A DNA stretch of 64,000 nt, taken from Octopus bimaculoides (Eukaryota). The stretch covers positions 69,310,408 through 69,374,407 of the forward strand of contig NC_068987.1 of NCBI RefSeq assembly GCF_001194135.2, given 5' to 3'. A program made the position numbers and the translations under genes. Shown piece by piece: positions 41,027-53,029 of the stretch (its first letter is position 1; each line of letters starts with the position of its first letter). The notes beneath the pieces were generated by a model that was not told the DNA's origin, made no database searches, and saw nothing but the letters and a program-made list of their open reading frames with translations.

Positions 41027-41265
41027 TGATATACCCTCCAGTCTTCATCAGGTGTCTTGGGGAAATTTCGAACCTGGGTTCTCATTCCTAAGGGATTTTT
41101 CGATGTTATCATTATTATTATTATTATTATTCAGGTCACTGCTTGGAATCGAACTCGGAAACTTGAGGTTAGTAGCCCACGCTGGAGAGTATATCAGCCG
41201 AAACGTTGTGTTAACAACAAACAAGATGAGGACAAATATCCGGCAAATGTAAATAATGTAAAAAT
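41027..41265. mobile_element. SINE family D (tRNA head, (AAT)n, hammerhead-like 3' part), internally inverted
   Basis: Minus strand 41180-41027: GGCTACTAACC..GAGTTCGATTCC (B box), (AAT)n, GACAC-CTGATGA-AGACTGGAGGGTATATCA. Plus strand 41181-41265: GCTGGAGAGTATATCAGCC-GAAA-CGTT-GTGTT. Confidence 0.7.
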
Positions 41266-42794
41266 AGAATAGTTTTGTCTTTGGTAGAGATGCCGAAGCC
41301 GGACAAACTTGAAAAGATCTATGCAAGCTCGTCATTTTCTTGCCGGTATATCAAATATATATTACAATATTCTTACTATTTTTTCTATTCTTACTGTTAC
41401 TAACATTATTGCAGTTATCAGGTCTTAGTATAACATGACTGTTAGCATATTACTAATTAATTAATTACGAACAATATACTGACATATTTTAATATGTTCA
41501 ACAGCGAAGAAATGAAAAAGTAAAGTATTAAGATTCGAACATGGCATATAAAAGAATGTAAATTTATACGGTATGTAATAAAACAGAAAAAAAAAGGGAG
41601 AAAAATAGCGTATCACAGCACTGCCTGTCACTTTACAGATTTTATCTTTGTTTTGTACAATGTACTTGAATATCAGAACAAAACGTTCATTTCCAGCTAA
41701 AATGTTGAAGAAACAATTACCTTCCAACACATTCCTTTCTGTTTTCGTTTTTTCCAAAACGAATATACAGGAATGAAGACGAGCACACTCACACACACAC
41801 ATACACACACGTGAATGTGTGCGGGCGGACATGCAGTCGTAGAGTCACACATGCACGCACGCGATTTATATATTGATTTAGTATCGATCTATAGGATCTT
41901 GTACATTATTCTAGGATGTCCTACAAAATACACCATTCTCTATTTTTACTAATGAACAATCCAGATTGTGTACTACTACTACTGCTACTACTTTTATGAA
42001 TTTCTTTTCCTGTTGTCTTTTTTCTTTTTTTTTTTACTTTGTCTTTCTGTCCTCTGTCCAACCAACTACCAGAATATTTATAAATTCGCTTTTTACTATA
42101 CTTTTCATACATGTGGAAATTCAACCAACAATAACTGAAAAATAGAGACTATCTATCTAAAGATATACTAAAAGAAATAATTTTAAAAAAATGTGAAAAC
42201 AGTGTTCTCCTGGAATAAAAATGAATTTATTCACATATAGTATTTTTACGTGTCTTGAGAGCGAAAGCGATTCAAAAACACCGTGTAATGATGAAAATTC
42301 AGAATGTTTTTCATTCTTTTATGCATGCAAGCATGCATATTGACATACTTCTGATAGANNNNNNNNNNNNNNNNNNNNNNNNNNNNNNNNNNNNNNNNNN
42401 NNNNNNNNNNNNNNNNNNNNNNNNNNNNNNNNNNNNNNNNNNNNNNNNNNNNNNNNNNNNNNNNNNNNNNNNNNNNNNNNNNNNNNNNNNNNNNNNNNNN
42501 NNNNNNNNNNNNNNNNNNNNNNNNNNNNNNNNNNNNNNNNNNNNNNNNNNNNNNNNNNNNNNNNNNNNNNNNNNNNNNNNNNNNNNNNNNNNNNNNNNNN
42601 NNNNNNNNNNNNNNNNNNNNNNNNNNNNNNNNNNNNNNNNNNNNNNNNNNNNNNNNNNNNNNNNNNNNNNNNNNNNNNNNNNNNNNNNTATATATATATA
42701 TATATATATGCATAGTTGCCCAAATTTTTATCAGTCAGAAACTTACGTTCCGAAACACAAGTCAGAGTTAGGTTGTTTGTGGAAGACTAACCAT

Positions 42795-42945
42795 CGCAGT
42801 TCATTTCTACAGCTGAGTGAACTGGAGCAACGTGAAATAAAGTGACTTACTCAAAGACACAACACACAACCAAGTCCGGGAATCGAACTCACTACCTCAT
42901 GATTGTGAGCCCAATGATCTAACCACTGAGCTATGCGCCTTTACT
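42795..42945 (-). mobile_element. SINE family C-type head with conserved domain
   Basis: Minus strand GGCGCATAGCTCAGTGGTTAG...GAGTTCGATTCCCGG...TTTGAGTAAGTCACTTTATTTCACGTTGCTCCAG. Confidence 0.8.
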
Positions 42946-43427
42946 CCCGTTTATTAGGTAATAAATTAATAGAGCGGGTATATTAACTTATGTCATTGGC
43001 TTATCACAGTGAATTGATGTTGTTACCAAATAGTTTCCTATTCATATATTCAGCGATTATCAGACGATATAAATGAATCAGTTGAAAGGGGATTTTGATT
43101 ATAGCTGTGAGAAGTGCTACTTGGATTTCGAACAGAACATCACATAAATACATATCAACATTCACGAATGCCCGCACACATGCTCGAACGTACACTCCAT
43201 TCGCCCTAGTCATATAATAATGTAGGTTGCAAGGAAAGGTAGATAGATGGAGATCTCGCTGTCTAGTTTAGCGAAATATATACATGTATATAGATAAGTA
43301 TACGTACATAGGCTCCCCCTACTATGGTCGTATTTTCTCGAGTATCATGTGTATTGCATTCTTTACTCATGTCTGTCGAGACGAGCAAGGTTTATATGTA
43401 ATATGCTGTAATATTACATAATTATAT

Positions 43428-43630
43428 GGCAGCGAGCTAGCAGAATCGTTAGCGCGCCAGGCAAGATGCTTAGAGTCATTTTGTCCATCTTTACGTTCTG
43501 AGTTCAAATTCTGTAGATGCCAACTTTGACTTTCGGGGTTGGTAAAATAAGTACCAGTTGAGCGCTGAGGTTAATGTAATCGAGTTACTCACTGTCCTGA
43601 AATTGCTGGCCTTATGCCAAAATATAAAAC
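43428..43630 (+). mobile_element. SINE family B
   Basis: GGCAGCGAGCTAGCAGAATCGTTAGC...GAGTTCAAATTC...AAATTGCTGGCCTTATGCC. Confidence 0.8.
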
Positions 43631-43874
43631 CAATAGTACATAAACATTATTTATAATCATGTAAAATAATAACCCAAATGCCCCATTATTGGATTCACGA
43701 TATATATATATATAATTTAGTCGTCTCTTGTAGTCCGAGAAAGAGGTTTTGCAATTTCTTGCTGAACCTACGCATAATGACATGCTAATAGTGATCGAAT
43801 GTTTATGGTGAACATTAGTTCACTCTATCTATCAAATTGACGTTGCCTGAAGAGGTGCACGCTCTACGCGTCAG

Positions 43875-43980
43875 ACGTTGAAATGGTCGCAAAGCAACTT
43901 GAGTGTATTGCTCCAGAACTTAACGGACCATCCAGTCCAGGAATTGAAACCACGATCTCGAGTGCACGACCACACGACGT
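43875..43980 (-). mobile_element. Degraded tRNA-headed SINE (family C-like)
   Basis: GTATTGCTCCAGAAC...CCAGGAATTGAAACCACGATCTCG. Confidence 0.4.
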
Positions 43981-45255
43981 GTGTAAGTATATGTATGTAC
44001 CTATATATATATACATACGCATATATCGAAGTGTTTGTGCCTGGGTGTATATTAATGTGATTGTCAGAGGAAGCAGAGTAGTCTACCTAGCGTTTCTAGG
44101 TAATTCATAACAAGTGGAAATATTGTTGATATTATACCTAGAGAGGAAACACGTTTCGAATGATTGGATGAAAGAAGGGAATGGCTGAGAAATAACAAAT
44201 GAAATTAAGAGTTAAGGAGATGATATAAATGAAAAAAACACAAAACAGAAAAAAAAAATTGGAGCGAAATGGAGAATACGATTTGATATATTGTTTGTAA
44301 TATAGAGAATGATAAATAAACAACTACCAATAAAACATTTTAATATTTCGAGGAAGCATACATGCTATTTTATTTTAATGATTAGATAGATTTCGAGCTA
44401 AAGCTTACTAAGCGAGAGATCGAGAGATTATTAGAATAAAGTGCGACAGAAAAGAGAAAACGAAATTATGGTGAATGTGTGACTGATAGACTGGAAAAAG
44501 AGAGCCTAAGATAAACTGACTGAAAGTATGAATTAAAAGCGCAGAAAGAAGGAATGGAAGAATGAATAAAAATAGGAAAGCAGGAATGCGTAAAAAGAAG
44601 GGGTAGGATAGGGGAGGCATTAGAAAAATAGAATAGAATAGATAAATAACGAGGAAACAATCTTGTTAAGGAACTACTATTACAGAGAGATGACATTATT
44701 GAGAGGTGCAAGGGAACTATTTAGATTTTCATTCAAATAAAATTAAGGAAGATGGAAAAGAATGTATAAAAGAAGAAAACCAGAAATAAAAGTTTGGTAA
44801 ATTGGTAACTATTTCAAATTGGTAGCACTTGAATAACGAGAAATTTCTATGGAATGTTTTATCATTGACGGAAATTGAAAGTTCGATTCCTTCGTGATTG
44901 TCTTCGTGGCAAACCTGTTTGTTTTCCAGCTTGAAGTTTGCAGGAACTTCCATCCACTGGAAGTTCAATCCCATGTTCTATTAAATGTTGGGTGATATTA
45001 TTTTTCATTTTAAATAATAATGACATTGCCATATCTATACAACATCAAAGCAAGTATGACTAATCCCCTATGCCGCACTTAATGAATAACAAATAATGCC
45101 GTTGAGCATGCAGAATATACGTATATATGTATATATNNNNNNNNNNNNNNNNNNNNNNNNNNNNNNNNNNNNNNNNNNNNNNNNNNNNNNNNNNNNNNNN
45201 NNNNNNNNNNNNNNNNNNNNNNNNNNNNNNNNNNNNNNNNNNNNNNNNNNNNNNN

Positions 45256-45293
<38 letters not shown>

Positions 45294-45622
45294 TAAAAAT
45301 AAATACAAAAAAGGGGTTTTGTATGATTGTGTATAGAGGAATATATTATTTTGTTTAAAAGAGTTCCAACACTGTCTGTTTTTTATGTTTTATTTATATT
45401 CCTGCAAAACCAATGTGGGATATAGAATATGGAATATACAATATATAATATAAAATAAAAATGGATGGTACAATGAAATAAAGTATTGAATATATGGAAT
45501 ATGTCTTATTGAATAGATGAAATATTGAGTGTTCAATATAAAGGATTAAATATATAAAGGTGAATACGTATTTTCTATACCTTGTGGTATTTTATCATGG
45601 CCGGTATGACTGAGTTCTCTCT

Positions 45623-45775
45623 GGTCAGACAGTCAATAAGATTACTTTGTGGTGGTTTTAATGGATTTCAGAAAGAGATTTCCACGCAAGGGGCAAGAGT
45701 TCTTCCATTCAGGTCAGTGGTATCTGCACCAGGACGATGCACCAGTCCATAATTCCATTGTGCCAACCAATACCT
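45623..45775 (+). pseudogene. Mariner (Tc1/mariner) transposase remnant
   Basis: GQTVNK, frameshift, then YFVVVLMDFRKRFPRKGQEFFHSGQWYLHQDDAPVHNSIV. This matches the mariner GQTVN..Y..L..R..KRP..W.LHQDNAP block around the second catalytic Asp (45727-45744). Confidence 0.8.
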
Positions 45776-45782
45776 TGAGAAC

Positions 45783-45912
45783 AACCACTCATAAACCTTT
45801 GGTTAGCCCGAGCATATAGTAGAAGATACATGTGCAATGTGCCACGAAGTGGGAGTGAAACCGGAAACGTAGTTAGAAAGCAAAAGTCTTGTCACACCGG
45901 CATACTTGTGCC
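45783..45912 (-). mobile_element. SINE family A head, degraded, abutting the mariner remnant
   Basis: CCACTCATAAACCTTTGGTTAGCCCGAG..TAGTAGAAGATAC..GCCACGAAGTGGG. Confidence 0.6.
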
Positions 45913-46214
45913 TGTATATGTGTGTGTGTGTGTGTGGACGATTTGGAAATTGCAAGTTTGATTTCGAATAGGAATCTTGTGAGCACGTGTAGCAAGTCAG
46001 TATTTTAAACTGATGAGGTAATTTGGTGAATGTATTCTCAACTACATTATATACCACATCTATATGTTCATCACGCTTTTAATACTTTGATTTTTTTATC
46101 GCTAATATTAGAATAATGGTTTCGCTATTAGTACCACTGATATAAGAAGCAGGTGAACAAATGTGCATGAGAATTTACCAGAAAATATCTGTGTGCTCGG
46201 GCTCGTGTTCGTCC

Positions 46215-46470
46215 ACATTCTGTTACACACGTATATCCTTGAGCCAGGCCCTTTATTTCTCATTGTTCCAGTCCACTCAACTGGCAAAAGTGAGTTTCAC
46301 CTGTAATTCTAAGGGTTCCCCTTGTCACACTCCGTCTGACGTTGAATCTCCCTCAGGACAACGTTAACGGTACGCCTGTCTAAGGTGTTCTCTGTCCCTT
46401 GCACATAAAGTTCACGAGTAGGCTGTTCGGTTGACTGAATCAGTTGGAATCCTTGTCGTTGTAACCGACT
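46215..46470 (+). mobile_element. SINE family C body and tail
   Basis: CCTTGAGCCAGG..TTGTTCCAGTCCACTCAACTGGCAAAA..CTTGTCACAC..TTCACGAG..GGAATCCTTGTCGTTGTAACCGAC. Confidence 0.7.
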
Positions 46471-49134
46471 TTGCTCTTTGTGAATAATAATTATATGTGC
46501 ATACATTCGTCCGTTTTTAAATGTAACTTTGCAGACGAACGTCATCTTAGTCCTATTCTTTCACGTCATCTTCCCCGTCTTCTTGCAATGGTGTAATCGA
46601 CAATAAAATTATGCCAAACGTTATAGTGATGCAACTTAAAATTAGGAAAAAGAAAAACAAATGAAATCAAAGATGTATTAGAAACAGTAATCTAGAATGA
46701 TTTTCTGTTCCTTCACCTGTATACATATATGAACAGGTTAATTACATTGAACTAATTTGGGTGAAACTTGCTGAACAAATTTTGCGGTTGAAGTGTAAGC
46801 AAGTACATTCATTGTATCAAATATAGCTTTGTTTTCAATTGCTAGGTTCACAACAGATCGGTTGAATTTCAGCGTGTCAGGCTGAATTCTGTACTGAGAT
46901 TAGTTATGTCCCTTCCCATTCAGTATCCGTTCCTGTGTACACTTTATTTCATCATCCTAGGGTAAAAAAGGATGCACTGAAGCAGAAATTTTGAGAAATA
47001 TGTTCCATGAAAATTAAATAACATCTCTTTCCGTTTTGGGGTTCAAATACGATAGGTGTCAACATCCTTTTCATAATTCTACCACTGAATTAGCGGATTA
47101 AATCTTAACCGGCTCATTCATAAACTCTGCAATATTTGCGAATTAAAAAAAAATTATGTCAGTGTTATAAATTATTAGGTTCATAAATATGTAAAGTTTT
47201 ACAATTTCAATACTTGTCTACTTAGCAGTTAAATATATTCTTGGGATGGTTAATTATATCCTTGACTCAGTTTTAGTTACATTTGAAATCATTATATTTA
47301 ACATATATTAGTATTAATACCAGTGTATTCATCAACAAAACATTATATTTTCCTTTCTATTCAAGATGCAAACCGAAATAACAGAGGATCGAAGTAAATG
47401 AGTAAGTGTACCGAGTATGGTGCTAAGCGGTAGAAAATCAAAGTTTCGTCACATAAATAACAGTTATATAATTAAATCAATCATATCATTTATTAATTAA
47501 TCTTCAACGTACATTGAATTTATATTCTATCAATCTATTTGTATGTTTTAAATTATCCATATAATCATTGCTTTATCTCAACAAGCCAACGTTTCTACTG
47601 TTCTTATTTCGGAGATCTTGCTAGGTTTTGAGTTTTGTTTTCTGTTTCTGTTTTTGATTATGTTTCTTTTATATCTCCCCACCTTCACATATGATTGACT
47701 CTCTCTCTCACCATACACACACACACACACACATATATATATTTCTTTTTTTTTTATTCAACGCTTTTGTCCTTTCTTTCACTAATTTCCTCTCCTTCAA
47801 TTTCTTACGTTTTATTTCATTAATTCCTCAGCCGAGCTACATTTTCTCTACCGCACCTTAACTTCCTGCTAATCGTGAAAACGGTTTTAACGTCGCATCA
47901 CCTTCTGCTCTTACCAATATCCCATGTCTAATTTTCCGCTAAAAGAATTTGTTCATTTAAAGATCTTTAATTAATTGACCAGAAAACACCAGGAGTCCCT
48001 TATTTGCAGTTGAAACTTGTTTAGCACTCTTTCTCTTTCTGGTTATTTCACCTTCAATGTCTCTCGGCTTATCTGTAATTCTCTAACTTTATCTCTAACC
48101 AACCATGCTTTTATAAGGCGATTGATACCACCTCTTCACAGTCTTTACTTTTCTATCAGAAAGTATTTCGTATTTTTTTTTTCTATGCAAAATCCCGGCT
48201 ACAATTATGGGGACGAAAAGAAGTTTCATCGTGAGAAATGGAAAACAAGTAACTTCGCAAATTTAGTTTTCGGTAATGTAACACTATTAATAAAATAATT
48301 ATAATAGTAATGAATCTAAGCAGCTAATTATCCATTGTACCGAACTAATTCGAAACAAAACCATAAGAATCAACTTTTGTCATGAATAATCTTTTTTAAA
48401 ATTTAGTTATTTTCGTACGTCTCCCTGACATAGTCAATATACTATTGACCACAACCATTTCTTCATACTATTTTTGTTTTTTCATTATCTCACTTAGCTT
48501 TTCTTTCTCCACGCTTTCTCTCAATGTGGATATATATGTGTGCATACATATGTGTATGTGTGTGTGTGTTTGTTTGTAGGTATATATGAATATGCGCGTG
48601 TGTTCCTATCGTTTTTATCTTTTATATATTACTTGTATTTAACCTCACCGCACAGTTTTCTTTCTTTAGTCTCCTCCTCTCTCTCTTTCTCTTTATCTCT
48701 CTCCCTCTCTCTCTCCCTCCCTCTCTCTCTCCCTCTCCCTCTCTCGATTTCTAAATGTGTTCCAGTCTATCTGCCTTCCTTACCTTTCTATTCCTTCCTG
48801 CGATTTCCATGTTTACTTTCTTTATTCCTTCCTTTACATTTTTTCTTTTCTGTCACCCTCCCACTACACCTCTTCTCAACACACTGTCCATCCATTTACT
48901 TCGCATTTTCCCTATAACTTCATAGTTATAGCAAAAAATGTCTACGTCAAATGTAACAAAAAAAATTTCAAAAACGAAAGGAAAACCTATATAAACCATC
49001 TGCCTCTTCCCCTTATTATCTTCTACTTCTGCTCGTCAGACATTCTCTATAATGAAATGATTCCAAAAACATGCTAAAGGGTTGTATGGGGAGTGCTGAA
49101 CAATTTCGAGAAATTAGATTTCTATTTCCTATAG

Positions 49135-49183
49135 TGTCGTGTGTTAATGTCCCGAGCAACACCAACATATTAGATTGCCGACG
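49135..49183 (+). other. Candidate 49-nt exon (coding status unknown)
   Basis: Acceptor TTTCTATTTCCTATAG and donor GACG|GTAAGA; one open frame (SCVNVPSNTNILDCR). Confidence 0.2.
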
Positions 49184-49774
49184 GTAAGAAATTTACTGTT
49201 GGGACCATTTTGATATTATTAAGCGGTGGATGGGTGTAACAACAGTTGCAAGGAGGGAACTTCACCACAAGTCCTTTATTTTATTGATTCGAGAAGCGCT
49301 GTAGCAGTGTGATGTAAATTCGTTGCAAAGAGGGTGGGAGGTCGAGGTGTTTGGAGTAGACAAGAGGAGGATGTGTTTAGAGAATTCTGATATGATTGCT
49401 TTTAGTATCATTGTTAGAAGAGGAGCGCCTTTATGGAACGATGTGAAGATGGTTGTATGTTGTATGTGTGTGTGTGTGTGTTCTTGGATGGATGCTTTGG
49501 AGTGTGTGAAAATGGATGTGTGAAATAGATAAATGGATGGATAGGTAGATGGAAGAAAGTTGATCTGGTGTTGGTCACCGGAAGGTAAAAGAGTAGTGTG
49601 AATTGAGGTAATATTTATGATATTTAGGATTGTCGACTAATAGTATATAAACTAAATTAAATACATATATTATCAACTTTAGTTTATTCATTAGAGATGC
49701 ACCAGATGGTTAAGAAAAGGGTACATATTAAATGCTTTTATAATCGACTATCCAAATTTGCATAATCAGTGGCC

Positions 49775-49849
<75 letters not shown>

Positions 49850-49914
49850 CATCATTATCATCATTATTATTATTATTATTATTATTATCATCATTATTAT
49901 TATTATTATTATCA

Positions 49915-49951
<37 letters not shown>

Positions 49952-49953
49952 CA

Positions 49954-50035
<82 letters not shown>

Positions 50036-50055
50036 CATCATTATTATTATTATCA

Positions 50056-50089
<34 letters not shown>

Positions 50090-50100
50090 CATTATTATTA
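49775..50100. repeat. (ATT)n array with interspersed ATC units, about 325 bp
   Basis: Direct reading; source of the poly-Ile and poly-Tyr ORFs. Confidence 0.95.
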
Positions 50101-50539
50101 CAGCTGGCGTTTAAAGTGCATATTAACGATAATTATTTCTCTTGAAGGTCAGAAAATACAGCTCCAATCAACTGTCGATTTGCCACAAGACTTGAGACAA
50201 AAAATGATATACTAGCCGTAAATATGGGACGGTGTTGCCACGCTACTACGCATACAAAGAGTCTAGATTGCATCCACGAAAATGTTATTTGATTGATTAA
50301 CAAAAGATTAATAACCAACATATTACAATCGTTATTCCACACAGTCTTTCACTTTTGCTACAATGATTTCTCCTCGGGGCTTGGGAGTTGCATACCACCG
50401 CCATCCACGCTCAGATGAAACAACATCGCTCCTTCTCTCAGCATGAACTTTGAATCTACAGCTTTAGGCTTCACACTAACAACAAGATAAAAACCAACCA
50501 TCTAAAACGTCAACCCTCTGAAAGTTCGTTCCTGCTTAC

Positions 50540-50566
50540 GGATTTCCCGTAGCCGTTGACTTGCAG
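50540..50566 (-). other. Candidate 27-nt frame-preserving microexon
   Basis: Minus strand ACTTGTTTTTTAACTTTTGCAG | CTGCAAGTCAACGGCTACGGGAAATCC | GTAAGC; phase 0 reads LQVNGYGKS. Confidence 0.2.
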
Positions 50567-52997
50567 CTGCAAAAGTTAAAAAACAAGTCGAAGTACATTG
50601 AAAATTTTTAAAACTTCTGATTGAAATTCTTAAATTACGGTCAGTAGTTGCTATCATTGTGCGGATATTTTTCTCCTTTTCATTTTCGTCTTCACAGGAT
50701 AAATCATCTAGATTCAACTATTATATCCTTCATATACTACCGCATATACATTGAAGTAGATTTAAACTATTGTAACACTTTCTTAAATATTTATTAGTAT
50801 GTGTCATTGTGCAAGTGTTTCTTTTTGTCTCGGGAACCAAAACTGGAGAGAGAAATAGTTAAAGGGAGGAAAAGAGATGTTGAATTGATTGGATGAATGA
50901 AACAACGATAGAAAGTGAGACAAGACTGAATGTAATTGGAAGGAAGGAAAGAGAAATGAAATTAGAAAAAAATTAGAACACAAGGAATCGAGTATTTAGT
51001 TATGGAAACAGAAATTGATGAAAATGGAATGCAAGGAAGAAAATGCGAACGAGTATATATGAGAGTAAAAGAAATGAAAGAAACGGACAAACATGAATGA
51101 TAAAATGATAACTCGGAATAAAAAGAGGAGAAAATAGAAGAAGCAAAGAAACTAACGGCTAAACTAGCACGATATTAAAGCAAAAAGAGATACAATGAAA
51201 GAAAGATAGGAATAGAATGATAGGCAAGTAAAATGAAAGATCAATTGCTTGAGAAAGAGAATGAAAATGACGGGAACAGAGGCTGATTTAAAATGCAATA
51301 ACAAAAACAAAAATGGAATACACATAGCATAATAGAAAGGGTGGGGTAGAAGGTAAAATAATAAAACAGGAGAAAGACGAAAGATAATAAAATAATTAGA
51401 TAAAAGTAAATGTGATTTTTCTATGCATCAGTTGAAGCTGACGAAATGCGAATAAGCGCGTTCCCCTGCATGAGTGCCTGTGTGTCATGTATGCAATAGA
51501 GCAGATGTCTAAGTGTTGATATCTATGTGATGATAAAGCAGTGGTGTCCTATAGCCAGCGTGTTTTAAAATAGTCCGATATGTCTGCCGTTACGACGTGC
51601 CAGTGATTTTCGTTGCCTTGTGTCCTCCTCACAAACTTTCTTTTACATAGTTATGTTATAGTTATGCATAAACTGCAGCTGATGTATTTTCACATTACTC
51701 AAGCGAACATATGCAAAAACGTAATGGAGAGAGAGAGATATATATATAGAGAGAGTGAGTGAGAGAATATGTGCGTATGAGAGATAGAGAGAGAGTTATT
51801 AACAGAGAATTATATTGAGAGAGCGTCGATGTGAGGAAAATCTGCGAGTAACATCAGTGTGGTGATGATGGTTGAGCAGTTGATGGTGAGATGTAGTCAC
51901 AATAGCAGTGATGTCTTGTGTAATACAATATCATCGATGTAATTGACATTATATTACATGGTCGTATGCATACGAATGCATATGAATGTTTAAATGTGTC
52001 TTAAATCAGTTATCGAAGTATATGCTGGAGGTGTGTGTGTGTGTGTGTGTGTGTATACATTTATGTGTATGTGTGTGTACAAAAGAGTGTGAACAGATGG
52101 ATGTATGGACTATTACAGTTCTTATTGTTGTAGTCATTGCTGAAATTCTTGAAGGTGGGCTGCAAGCAGCAATAATTTAGTTCAGCAAAGTGGTAATAGT
52201 ATTCGATGTTACTGGTTCTATTAATTTTATTTTAGAGTGATGATGTAAGTAATTGAATATTCTCGCTCAAAATATTGATATATTACATAGGCAGTATGCA
52301 TAAGATTTATAATGAAGGGAGGAAATCAGATTGTTTTACGTTCCTGTTTTTCTCAAGGGCAATAAAATTGTAAGTGAAACGAAATTGATACAATCGGGAA
52401 TTGAAATCGGGTTCTAGTCTCGTTTCAACCGGACCTTATCTCTAAAATGACACTCATCATTCTTGACTGTTTATTTTTTCTTTCTTTTTTTTTTTGTTCG
52501 TTTCTTTTTTTTATATTCACGACCGGGCACACATGCTCTACATTTTACAAGCTTGAGAATTAGATACGTAGTACATATGCATTTCCTAGAAAGATAATTA
52601 TTTACACTAGACCCATGTATTCCAGATAAACTAATCTATCTTATGATGACAGGAGACTAGTGTCGTAGCCAGAAGAAGACTTTTCTCTCATTCGTTACAA
52701 GCTAACGGGTATTCAATAGTTTGGCAAAGGAAACACAGTTGAATTGACGATATCACCATATCGAACATTTTTCTATCTGAAAGATAATCGGAAATTAATA
52801 TATGACGTTAGTACCATTCATTACTTATTTGCATTGATCATAAGCAGAGCGACTGTATCGAAAGCTTCGCACTATTACAACAATCAACCTCAGCAACAAC
52901 TGTTGAGGAATTACAGCCAACACACAACCAAACCCATAATAAAGAACAACAGTCGATAACTGTGGTTAAGTTGTTATCACCGTTGCTGTTTTTGATG

Positions 52998-53029
<32 letters not shown>

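Noticed and set aside
41610-41635. miR-2-like TATCACAGC
   Set aside because: Seed-length match only, with no complementary arm.
44944-44966. Perfect 9-bp hairpin GAACTTCCA-TCCAC-TGGAAGTTC
   Set aside because: A few such hairpins are expected by chance in 60 kb; too short for a pre-miRNA, and the spacing does not fit a heat-shock element.
46855-46900. Imperfect hairpin GAATTTCAGC/GCTGAATTC
   Set aside because: The stem is short and bulged, without the extended pairing a pre-miRNA needs.
49758-50215. Poly-Ile and poly-Tyr/His ORFs
   Set aside because: Products of the (ATT/ATC)n array.
51525-51690. GTGATGA box C-like motif (possible C/D snoRNA)
   Set aside because: No properly spaced box D with a terminal stem was found.
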